Positions 25,195 through 33,837 of a stretch of 64,000 nucleotides of DNA are shown in pieces. The DNA lies in NCBI GenBank assembly GCA_031414535.1, contig JANNVQ010000001.1, positions 1-64,000 on the forward strand, in the 5' to 3' direction. Every line of letters begins with the position of its first letter. Within the stretch, counting starts at the first letter, position 1. The position numbers and the translations under genes are program-made. Source of the stretch: Gemmatimonas sp. (lineage in GTDB: Bacteria > Gemmatimonadota > Gemmatimonadetes > Gemmatimonadales > Gemmatimonadaceae). Under the pieces are notes generated by a model. That model saw only the letters and a list, made by a program, of their open reading frames with translations. It made no database searches and had not been told where the DNA came from.

Positions 25195-26832
25195 TCAGGG
25201 GCGCGACGGGGTTCCGCGTCGCAAGTGCCGCGGCGAGACAGCGCGCTCCACTACCGCCAGCGCCGCATCTACAAGAATCGCCAAAAGCGCTGCGGGGACC
25301 GCGCCGCTCAGCACGAGACGTGTGTCGGCGAGCGCCAGGCCCGCGACAATTGGCTCGCCCAAGCCACCTGCGCCGATGAAGGCGGCGAGTGAGGCCGCGC
25401 CCACCGTGATGACGGCAGAGGTCCGCACACCGGCGAGGATTACCGGCGCGGCAAGGGGGAGCCGCACCCAGAGCAGCCGCTGCCGCGCCGTGGCGCCAAG
25501 CGCCTCGCAGGCCTCTACTGCATTTGGATCGGCATCCCGCACACCAGAGTACGTGTTGCGAGTGATTGGGTACAGTGCGTACAGCCAGAGCGCGACCAAC
25601 GCGGGCGTAACTCCCACGCCGAGCAGTGGAATCATGAACGCGAGCAACGCGATGCTCGGAATGGTCTGTAGCACTCCGAGTGCCCCCACGACTCCCTCGG
25701 CGATGCCGCGCGTCCGCTCAAGCGCGAGGCCCAGTGGAATTCCGACGACAACCGCTGCGAACAGCGCCATCAGTACGAGCGCGAGATGGCGCGCTGCAAG
25801 CTGCGACGTCTGCGCGCGCCGCTCCCAGAAGAAACGCCAGAACCCTGCGTCCCCACCGCGTGCCGGGGCGTTGCTTATCACCTCAGGCGACGCGACGAGC
25901 CGGAGATCGGCCAAGAGACTCGCAGCGACAACCGGAATCGCCTCGCCATCAACCTCCACTCGGCGATTCAGCTCGCGCATCCGCCCCTCATCAATGCGAC
26001 CGCTGAGCAGCGTGAGCGTGGCGACGACATCCGGTCGCTCCCTTGCGACCGACGGTGAGAGCGCTGCGGCCGCCTCGTAGGGTGGGAAGAAGTGTCGATC
26101 GTCGTCGAGCGTCACGAGATCGAATTTCGCGAGCAGACCGTCGGTGGAGTACCCGTCGATAACGTCGACCGCGCCCTGAGCCAGCGCTGCGTACTTCACT
26201 GCGGGCGCGAGTGGGCGGACGGTGCGGAAGCTCATACCGTACTCGCTGCGAAGCCCAGCGAATCCGTCGAGCCGACCAATAAAATCGGCCGTGAACCCCG
26301 CCGTGAGTGCGCTACCGGCCCGCGTGAGGTCGGAGAGCGTGCGCAGCGAGAGGCTATCGGCGAGCGAACGCCGCACGGCGATTGCATATGTGTTCTGGAA
26401 TCCCAGCGGAGGCAGCCACCGCACACCGAAGACCTCCATAGATCGCTCGGCCACCCGCGCATACGCCGCGCGTGGGTCCGCGCGCATCGCCGGCGTAAGC
26501 GAGTCGCGGAGGACAACGAGGAGTCCAGTGCCCGTGTACTCGGGATACACATCGATTGCATCGACGCGCAACGCGCCGAAGGCAATCTCGGTGGCACCGA
26601 GTCCAGGGCGACGATCGACCGCGATGCCGCGCGACTCCAGGAGCTGCGCGAAGACTTCGGCGAGGAGATACGACTCGCCAAAGGGCTTCGACGCCACAAC
26701 CACGGGCGCGGCCTTGGCCCTCTGGGTCACCCCAAGGCCTGCGTCTGCTTGCTGCGCTCGAGTCACAACCGGAAGGAGCATCATTGCCGCTGCCACCGCG
26801 CCGGCAATGCCGCAGGGAATTCTCCAGCTCAC
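25195..26832 (-). CDS. Betaine/osmoprotectant-type ABC transporter, substrate-binding + permease fusion
   Basis: SK.FGE, YPEYTGT, GFQNTY, FFPPY, then QTIPSIAL and EAA-like permease motif. Confidence 0.9.
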   Translation of the reverse strand: MSWRIPCGIAGAVAAAMMLLPVVTRAQQADAGLGVTQRAKAAPVVVASKPFGESYLLAEVFAQLLESRGIAVDRRPGLGATEIAFGALRVDAIDVYPEYTGTGLLVVLRDSLTPAMRADPRAAYARVAERSMEVFGVRWLPPLGFQNTYAIAVRRSLADSLSLRTLSDLTRAGSALTAGFTADFIGRLDGFAGLRSEYGMSFRTVRPLAPAVKYAALAQGAVDVIDGYSTDGLLAKFDLVTLDDDRHFFPPYEAAAALSPSVARERPDVVATLTLLSGRIDEGRMRELNRRVEVDGEAIPVVAASLLADLRLVASPEVISNAPARGGDAGFWRFFWERRAQTSQLAARHLALVLMALFAAVVVGIPLGLALERTRGIAEGVVGALGVLQTIPSIALLAFMIPLLGVGVTPALVALWLYALYPITRNTYSGVRDADPNAVEACEALGATARQRLLWVRLPLAAPVILAGVRTSAVITVGAASLAAFIGAGGLGEPIVAGLALADTRLVLSGAVPAALLAILVDAALAVVERAVSPRHLRRGTPSRP

Positions 26833-27578
26833 GCGCGTTCCAGCGCAGCGTGCGCCGCTTCGGCGCGCGCGAAGAGTTCGGCGACGTAAGGCGTGGCCGG
26901 CGTGGTGCGTACTTCGGCGATTGTCCCCGCTTGCTCAATGCGTCCCGCCCGCATCACAACGACGCGGTCAGCGAGCCGTGCCGCCTCCGCGAGGTCGTGC
27001 GTCACGAGCAGGGCCGTGAATCCACGCTCGGCGCGGACGCGCGCGAATGCCTCGTGCGACTCGGCTCGCGAGATTGCGTCGAGCGCGCCGAAGGGCTCGT
27101 CGAGCAGGACCGCCTCTTGTCGCGCCGCGAGCGCGCGGGCCAACGCGACCCGCTGGCGTTGGCCACCAGAGAGCTCGTGTGGATACCGATCGCCAAAGCG
27201 AGCGGGGTCCAGTCCTACGAGCGCCAAGGCATCACGCACCACGTCCGCCGAGAAAACGCCAGTGAGCGTCGGCACGAGCGCGACGTTTCGCGCAACAGTC
27301 CAATGCGGCAGAAGCCCCCCGTGCTGGGGCACATATCCAATCCTCCGGCGAAGCGCCTCAGACGCCAGACTGCGGACATCAGCGCCTCCGACGCGGACCT
27401 CGCCACTCGCGCACTCCACCATTCGGTTGAAGGCGCGGAGCAGTGTTGTCTTCCCTGACCCGCTCTCTCCCACCAACGCCACGGCGCTCCCACCAGGTAC
27501 ATCGAGCGAGACCCCGTCGAGCGCTGGGACGTCGCCGTAGCGATGGTGCAGGTCGCGCGCGCTTAGAGCGAGAGACAT
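26829..27578 (-). CDS. ABC transporter ATP-binding protein (ProV/OpuA-type)
   Basis: GESGSGKT, LSGGQRQR, LLDEPFGALD. Confidence 0.93.
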   Translation of the reverse strand: MSLALSARDLHHRYGDVPALDGVSLDVPGGSAVALVGESGSGKTTLLRAFNRMVECASGEVRVGGADVRSLASEALRRRIGYVPQHGGLLPHWTVARNVALVPTLTGVFSADVVRDALALVGLDPARFGDRYPHELSGGQRQRVALARALAARQEAVLLDEPFGALDAISRAESHEAFARVRAERGFTALLVTHDLAEAARLADRVVVMRAGRIEQAGTIAEVRTTPATPYVAELFARAEAAHAALERA

Positions 27579-27849
27579 CAGAAGCGAGTGTGCGTTGGCG
27601 AGGACGAGGGCGCTGGGGACGACCGTGGCTGGTCGTTTGGGAACCATACCCCGTGCAAAACGCTAAAGTAAGGCTCAAAGCCTCGGACGTCTCGACCGCC
27701 GCTCCGCCCGCGCTCACGTGCCGAGTGCTGCCATCTCACCTCGACCCGACGTCCGGACGAGAATCGTCCACAGCGCTCCGCGCACCGTCCCCTTCCTGCC
27801 CGCCCTCGCCGGAAGATTTCGGCGGGTCCGCGCGCAAACGGAGTCCCTT

Positions 27850-28140
27850 TGCGTGCCGCTCGCAGCCGCGGCGAGCAGGATTGAGATGCACCTCGTGTCC
27901 ACGCGGGAGCAGCAGGTGCGCGTGGCTGGCGCGACGTTCGCGTTCGGGACTGGCGAGACGATTCAATCCGAATCATCCAATAAGTACGACCTGCCTCGCC
28001 CCAAGGACCTAATGACGGCCGCGGGCTTCGACATTGGTGCGCTCTGGGCGGAGCACCGCGTGGCGGAACGCTTCCGTCAACTGGCGGTGTCATGCACAGG
28101 CCTCACGACGAACGTCCCGTTAGGCGAGAACCCGACGTAG
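27850..28140 (+). pseudogene. egtD: EgtD (histidine N-alpha-methyltransferase) C-terminal fragment
   Basis: SRIEMHLVS.R.Q.V......F..GETI.SE.S.KY...AGF.....W; no SAM-binding N-terminal part. Confidence 0.7.
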
Positions 28141-28235
28141 TGACGAGCAACATGGTGAGCGCACTGAGGTCAATCCCCGCTCTCTGCATCGCCACGAGCG
28201 CTCCAATCGTGATGGCGAGCTAGCGACCGACGTGC

Positions 28236-28273
28236 ACCACCGTAGTACCACCGTAGTACCACCGGAGCACCAC
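28236..28273 (+). repeat. 11-bp tandem repeat, about 3.5 copies
   Basis: ACCACCGTAGT ACCACCGTAGT ACCACCGGAGC ACCAC. Confidence 0.8.
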
Positions 28274-28482
28274 AGCCATCGGAGTTGCCGCGAGCACAAT
28301 CACCTTGCGACCGAGCGTGAACGGCGAGCCACAAAGGGGCGCGTGCAAGATTTCCATTACATGATGAAATCCTGCCGCGAAGTACCCTATGCGCGAAGCC
28401 ACTGCACGATCATATGGGCAAAGCTAGGGCTGGATTCGCACAATGGCTCGGACAATCGCCCAACAGAGGATCCGCATCTGGG

Positions 28483-28511
28483 TTGACTTTGCAAGTCATT
28501 GTGGTTACTAT
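28483..28511 (+). promoter_or_regulatory. Sigma70 promoter with overlapping palindrome
   Basis: TTGACT-N17-TACTAT; TGACTT-TGC-AAGTCA at 28484-28498. Confidence 0.6.
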
Positions 28512-28732
28512 ACTTAACACAAGGCTAGTGCGCAGTGACGCAAGCCTTCAGAGTTCCCGGGGACCAGCGGTCCTCAAGTGTGAACTCATCCGAGCGCGCG
28601 ATCGTCGCGCGCCCACCGCCGCTTCAAGAGACAAGCGACAGGATAACGCCCGCGAGTAGCCGTCCCCGACGCTGATGGACTCGCACAGGTGGTGCCCGCA
28701 GGACCTCGCGTCAGTCCGCAGGAGGACCAGAT

Positions 28733-29311
28733 ATGAAGAACAACACGAAGAACGCGAACGCCCCCGTCTCAAACGCCCCCTCTTTAAACACCGCCGTGAA
28801 GGATGGCCCGGTGAAGATGGGCTCCGTGAAGAAGGTCGCAGGCGACGACCACGGTCTCCGGCTCGCTGCGCTCAAAGATTTGAAGGAGATCAAGCTCAAT
28901 CAGATTCCCGACGTCCGCGGCTGGAATGCCGTATTGCGCGACGGACTCGTGCTCGGAAAGATCTCCCGTATTTTGGTTGATCAGCAGCAGGCGTACGCAC
29001 CGCGTTATCTCGACATCACGGTGGACGCCGCTCACCTCAAAGGCATGAAGCTGGTTTCGCACGATTTCCTCGTGCCGATTGGACGCGCTCAAGCGGCGGA
29101 AAGTGGAGACATCGTGATGCTTCCCTCCCTGACCAAGGAACAAATCAAGTCGCTACCAATGCTGAAGCCAGGTTCAATCGGCTTCGAATTCGAGAGCACC
29201 GTCGCGAAGTTCTTTGGATGGAAGAGTGAGGTGAGGGATGCCAACGCGCTCTACGAGACCGAGCTGTTTAGCGTGAAGGACTTTATGGTGCTCCGTCCAG
29301 CAGTGAAGTAG
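28733..29311 (+). CDS. PRC-barrel domain protein
   Basis: AGGAGG RBS; PDVRGW.....G..LG.I..ILVD....RYL......LVPIG. Confidence 0.8.
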   Translation: MKNNTKNANAPVSNAPSLNTAVKDGPVKMGSVKKVAGDDHGLRLAALKDLKEIKLNQIPDVRGWNAVLRDGLVLGKISRILVDQQQAYAPRYLDITVDAAHLKGMKLVSHDFLVPIGRAQAAESGDIVMLPSLTKEQIKSLPMLKPGSIGFEFESTVAKFFGWKSEVRDANALYETELFSVKDFMVLRPAVK

Positions 29312-29357
29312 TTCCTCGCACTCGGGCGCTCCCTGAAAGCTGAGTGACGCCCCGCGC

Positions 29358-29392
29358 GAAATGAGGAGAGTCCATCGGACTCTCCTCATTTC
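29358..29392 (+). terminator. Intrinsic-terminator-like hairpin
   Basis: GAAATGAGGAGAGTCC-ATC-GGACTCTCCTCATTTC, a 16-bp perfect stem. Confidence 0.75.
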
Positions 29393-29482
29393 CTTGGCCC
29401 ATACCCACCACACAGCCACGGACTATCCATAGCGGCGGTGCTTCGCCGCGGTCGAACAACGAAGGTTGTAGACTATTCTGGC

Positions 29483-30028
29483 TTACGGCACCGCGCGATC
29501 ACGCCTGAAGTAGTTATACGCCACTGCCGCGCCGAGCGGCGAAGTCACTGGCGACACCGGAATAGGCAAGGTGCCAAGCAGCGAGCCACTCAGCGTCGCA
29601 ATGAACGGCGATTGGAATCCGTGATGCTTGCCGTGCCACTGCACACCGATTGCCGAACCCACGGCCCCGCCCACGAGGGCTGAGACGGCCACGGCAGTGC
29701 TCGCGGCGAATCCCGTCTCCGCACCTCGCTGCGTTGATGCGCTGATGAATCCACCGGCCAGAAAGCCCACGAGCCATCCGCCAAAGCCAGCGAGGAGCTG
29801 GCTGCCGAGCGTGGCCGGAGCGGGCGCACCGCTCAGGGCGACCCGCAGTCCAGCGGGAACGCGTTCAAAGTTTGCGTCAGGTATGGGAGCAACGTGCGCG
29901 CGCTGCGGAAATCGACCTTCCTGCAACTGTTGCGCGTGTAGCGTCGTCGTTGTGCAGACTACGAGTATGAAGCTGAGGAGTACGCGCAAATGTCTATCCG
30001 CGAAAAGTGTGGGGTGACGCTGGGTCAT
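29483..30028 (-). CDS. Hypothetical membrane protein
   Basis: Signal peptide plus Gly/Ala-rich hydrophobic segments. Confidence 0.6.
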   Translation of the reverse strand: MTQRHPTLFADRHLRVLLSFILVVCTTTTLHAQQLQEGRFPQRAHVAPIPDANFERVPAGLRVALSGAPAPATLGSQLLAGFGGWLVGFLAGGFISASTQRGAETGFAASTAVAVSALVGGAVGSAIGVQWHGKHHGFQSPFIATLSGSLLGTLPIPVSPVTSPLGAAVAYNYFRRDRAVP

Positions 30029-30299
30029 TGCTGAGGGATACCAGCAAAGGCGGGCCGCTGCAGAGTCGGCGAGATGTCCCGCCTTCAACTCAGATGGGAC
30101 AGGCGCATCTGCTTAATTAAAGGATAGTCGGTTCTCGAATCAGTAACTCAATTCGGGTCTGTCGAGCACATGGTTCACCGCGGTCAATTTTGCTCGGCGC
30201 TTCCCGAACAGGGCATGGTGGCGGTTGTTCGCGCTGTATCTTTACCGAGCAATCATTCCCAATTTCCACGCGCGCTCTTTTGTGACGCACAGTTCGTTC

Positions 30300-30848
30300 A
30301 TGGTCGACGCACATTTCGATGATAGCCTCGTCAACGCGTAGGCTAGCGTGGACATTTTGGGTTCAGTCGCCACCCAGCGAGCGCCAGGTGAAGCCGTCTG
30401 GCTTCCCGACATACTCGGCCCGGAATTGTTGAGCCCCCTGCTCACTGAGATGGAGAGCGTGCGCACGAAGGTGCACCGCAACTACGTCCCCACGCAGAAA
30501 AAGGGAGGCAGTGTGAGTTACGTCACGCTACGTGAACAGGCGCCGCAGCTCTTGGCGCTGTACAAGCACCCCGCCCTCATTCACCTGCTCGAACGGATCA
30601 CGGGTGAGCGGCTCATGGTGTGCCCCGAAGGAGTTCTCTCTTACACGGGCAAGCGGTTCACCGTACTCATTGGCCTCACGGACCGCTCGTCGAGCCGGCT
30701 AAGGTGCCGTATGAATACAAACACACGCGGACGTGAGCCCACAGAGCTAGCCCTAGCCACCGCTCCCGGAATGTTGGTGGCCTTCAATGGCGACAAGCTC
30801 TAGCACGCGGTGGCGTACTTCGGCATTCGCGGAATCCTGTGCCGCTGA
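30300..30848 (+). pseudogene. Degraded paralogue of the 2OG-Fe(II) oxygenase at 58693
   Basis: Near-identical stretches (VHRNYVPTQKKGGSVSY, LYKHPALI); TAG at 30339 and 30801; two internal deletions. Confidence 0.9.
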
Positions 30849-30874
30849 CGCAGAAGCACGGAACGCGTCGCTCG

Positions 30875-31771
30875 TCAACGCGTCGCGCCACCCACTGCAA
30901 GCCCTGCCATCCCGTTGCGCGGATCAAATGTCGAACCGGCAGGCAGCACATGCATCTGCAGCCCCGAAGCGCCGAGCACCTGTCCCGTTGGCGTTATCGT
31001 TGCCGACCGCGCGTCGTAGATCACGACCGTGCTCGCGCCGCGCACGCTCCACGTACCGTCGGGATGCACCACGAGCGCCGTGGATTCGTCGATACCCACG
31101 CCAAGATGCGGCTCGCGCTCAAGCACGAGGCTGATCAGACGGTTGTGCCGCTTCCGTCGCAGGAAATGTTGGTCGATGATGGCGTTGTCAATCAGCCCGA
31201 AGCCGCTGGTGGTGATGGTGTTGTCGCGCGCGATGGTGACCCACGAGAGCGTACTGTCGGAGCGCGGGCCGCCTGGCGTGCGCTCGTCACCCGTGAGCAT
31301 CACCGTCGACATCACCGCGGCGCCGGCCGAGGTCCCGCCGATTACCGCTCCGGCGGCGAAGCGCGCATGGATTGCACGCTCGGTGGCCGTGGCGCGAATG
31401 ACGTCCGCTAGACGGACCTGATCGCCGCCTCCGAACCAGACGCCGGTCGCTCCGTCGAGCAGTCGCGCGACTGAGTCGGTCATCGCCTGCTCACGCGTAA
31501 TCCAGACGTTCAGCGCCTGCGCACCGAGTCCACGCAGTTGCTCAGCCTTCTCCTCACCGCCGGTCAGACCGGATGCACTCGCCATCGCGAACACGACGAT
31601 GCGTGCCTTGCCACGACCGCCGGCGAGATTGACGAACTCCTGCACAAGGGCTGCGGGCTGTGGTCCGCCGCCGACGATGTAGAGGGTGCCGCGGCCTGCT
31701 GCGGATTGAGCGGCGAGTGGGGCCGCGGCGAGTGTGGCGAGGAGCAACAGGGTTTTGAGGAGTCTTTTCAT
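30875..31771 (-). CDS. Cyanophycinase (peptidase S51) with signal peptide
   Basis: FGGGDQ, GGTSAGA, IDQHF..R.R..RL, GIDE.TA. Confidence 0.88.
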   Translation of the reverse strand: MKRLLKTLLLLATLAAAPLAAQSAAGRGTLYIVGGGPQPAALVQEFVNLAGGRGKARIVVFAMASASGLTGGEEKAEQLRGLGAQALNVWITREQAMTDSVARLLDGATGVWFGGGDQVRLADVIRATATERAIHARFAAGAVIGGTSAGAAVMSTVMLTGDERTPGGPRSDSTLSWVTIARDNTITTSGFGLIDNAIIDQHFLRRKRHNRLISLVLEREPHLGVGIDESTALVVHPDGTWSVRGASTVVIYDARSATITPTGQVLGASGLQMHVLPAGSTFDPRNGMAGLAVGGATR

Positions 31772-31924
31772 GACTCCGAAGATACGACGGATGGGCTGGC
31801 GTGGCGCCGCCTTCCGTGCGGGGGCCGTCTTGCCCTAGGGCAGGCCGTGTGCGCTTCCAACATTCTCTCTACATTTTTGGTGTACGGGAGCGCCGTATGT
31901 TATTTGCACAGGAGGGCGTGAGCC

Positions 31925-33772
31925 GTGCGAATTGCAAGCACTGTCTTCCATGTTCTGCAACGCAGGATGGTGTGCGTTGCGGCTGCGCTCCTCTTGGTCG
32001 TCTCGTGCAGCGAGCAGGCGACCCAAGTAATCGAACCGCCGCGGGAACCGCCCGGAGGCACGAGCGCGGCCGGGGTTTCAGTTGTCATACTTTCTGGCCA
32101 TGGGCAATTAGGAGAGGCCGGGCAGCTGCTGGAGCAACCGATCAAGATTCGCGCGCTTGATCGGTCGGGTGAGCCCGTCCGCGGGGTGCGAGTTTACACA
32201 CCCATCCGATGCGAACTTTTTTGGGCCGTTTGCCCGACTATTCCGGGAGTGGAGCAACTGCGAGTTGTTTCCGAGGTCGGTTTTGTCGCGACTGGCAGCG
32301 ACGGTACTGCTGAGTTTCAGGTGCGGGCTCCTGATCGGTTCAGCGATTTTGCCGAGTACGAGGGGAGCGCTACATACAACAGGCTGGCCCTCAGCGGCGT
32401 CAGCGACTCCACCCGATGGTTGGACCTGGGTGTGAAGGTGCGCGCCGCTTCTCCGGTGCGCTCTGAGTGGATACGCCCCAGCACGCTTGATCTCGCCGAG
32501 GGAGAGGCAATCATTACACGGTTGCGCTATCTCGACGCTCTCGACAACGAGATTCATCCGGCGAGGTATTCAATTCCAAGCGTAGCGGTCGCAGACCCCG
32601 TAAAGGCGACGGTGGCAGTTGCGAGGGGCGCGCAGACGGGCCTGCCTCCCTCGTGGGCCTCCGCGCGATTAGCAGTCGCGACGACCTCGTATGCCGATTG
32701 GATTCTGCTCACAGGACGAGCGGCCGGTGCCACGACCATGCTGATCGATCACGCCACCGGGCCGAGAGGCTACCCTGTTCTCGTCCTCCCCCGAAGGCCT
32801 GTTGTGACAGAGCTTATACTGCCCGACTCCAACACAGGAGAAGCGTGGAAGCTACTCCGCGTGATGGCGCTACGGGATGCGGCAGTAGTCGTCGCGCGAC
32901 GCGGCTCCTCGATTTACGCGATGCGTACTTTCGGGGACTCGTTGCGTATCATGTTTGGTCCTGTGCCGTTCAACGGAACGGAAAACGTGATCACGTCGTC
33001 CGCGCGCGGCGATACGGTCGCGTGGTCCTACGATCAGCAAGTGTTCGTCAGCCGCGACGGCGGGCGCGAGTGGACCATGCTCCCGAGCCCCCCATTCACC
33101 TTCTTCTCGGTGTCCGTGGAGCGCGGTGGCGAAGTGATTGCCGCCCGTGATCGCCCGTGGATGGTCAGCCGGACAAGCACCGGTACTTGGCAGACGGATA
33201 CCCTCAGCGGGCCTCTTATGGCCTTCGAGTCAATCGGCACGTATCTGTTCGCCAAAAGCGAATATGCGCAAGGAGAGGACCGCGTGAGGATGGACGGCCT
33301 CTATCGTCATCCACCACGGGAGGACGGCCTCCCCGACATCCGTACCCCAATCACCGGATTCGCCCATCCAAAGGGTTACGCGTTTGCCGGCGACACGCTG
33401 CTTTTCGCAGCGCAGGAGTATCGCCTTGTTTGTAGAATCATCTTCGTCATGGCCCCGTGTACGCCCGGCGAGGAATCAGGACAACTGCAGGTAGTGGCGG
33501 GACTCCCCCGTTCTGAGGTGTTCGCAAGTGTGCCGCTCCCATCTGGGACGCAAGGTCACTGGCTTACTCAGGCCGGCGACGGGTCGACGGTCCTTGCTTC
33601 TTACTCCGAGGGATACTTCCGCAAAGGCAGCGGGTGGGAGTCGGTTTCACTCCCGAGGATCAACGGATCATCGAACACAGGAAGTTGGAGCACGTCGACC
33701 CTCGCATGGATCTTTGCCTCGGGCAATGTCTGGCGCGTTGAGCTTTCGTCAAACGAGCCGCGGAGTCCGTAA
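31925..33772 (+). CDS. Hypothetical lipoprotein (Ig-like region plus an Asp-box)
   Basis: AGGAGG RBS; VVSC lipobox; SG.GQ.G.AG..L..P; SRDGGREW. Confidence 0.7.
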   Translation: MRIASTVFHVLQRRMVCVAAALLLVVSCSEQATQVIEPPREPPGGTSAAGVSVVILSGHGQLGEAGQLLEQPIKIRALDRSGEPVRGVRVYTPIRCELFWAVCPTIPGVEQLRVVSEVGFVATGSDGTAEFQVRAPDRFSDFAEYEGSATYNRLALSGVSDSTRWLDLGVKVRAASPVRSEWIRPSTLDLAEGEAIITRLRYLDALDNEIHPARYSIPSVAVADPVKATVAVARGAQTGLPPSWASARLAVATTSYADWILLTGRAAGATTMLIDHATGPRGYPVLVLPRRPVVTELILPDSNTGEAWKLLRVMALRDAAVVVARRGSSIYAMRTFGDSLRIMFGPVPFNGTENVITSSARGDTVAWSYDQQVFVSRDGGREWTMLPSPPFTFFSVSVERGGEVIAARDRPWMVSRTSTGTWQTDTLSGPLMAFESIGTYLFAKSEYAQGEDRVRMDGLYRHPPREDGLPDIRTPITGFAHPKGYAFAGDTLLFAAQEYRLVCRIIFVMAPCTPGEESGQLQVVAGLPRSEVFASVPLPSGTQGHWLTQAGDGSTVLASYSEGYFRKGSGWESVSLPRINGSSNTGSWSTSTLAWIFASGNVWRVELSSNEPRSP

Positions 33773-33837
33773 TAGCTGCAAGAAGCGAGGAGACCGTCCA
33801 AATCGTGCCGCAGTCCGAAGCGAAGTTCCAGCGTTCC

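Noticed and set aside
28140..28222. MscS-like TM fragment on the minus strand (GALVAMQRAGIDLSALT)
   Set aside because: Too short to support by eye.
28733..29311. Photosynthetic reaction-centre H subunit (puhA)
   Set aside because: No N-terminal TM helix and no photosynthesis genes nearby; called a generic PRC-barrel.
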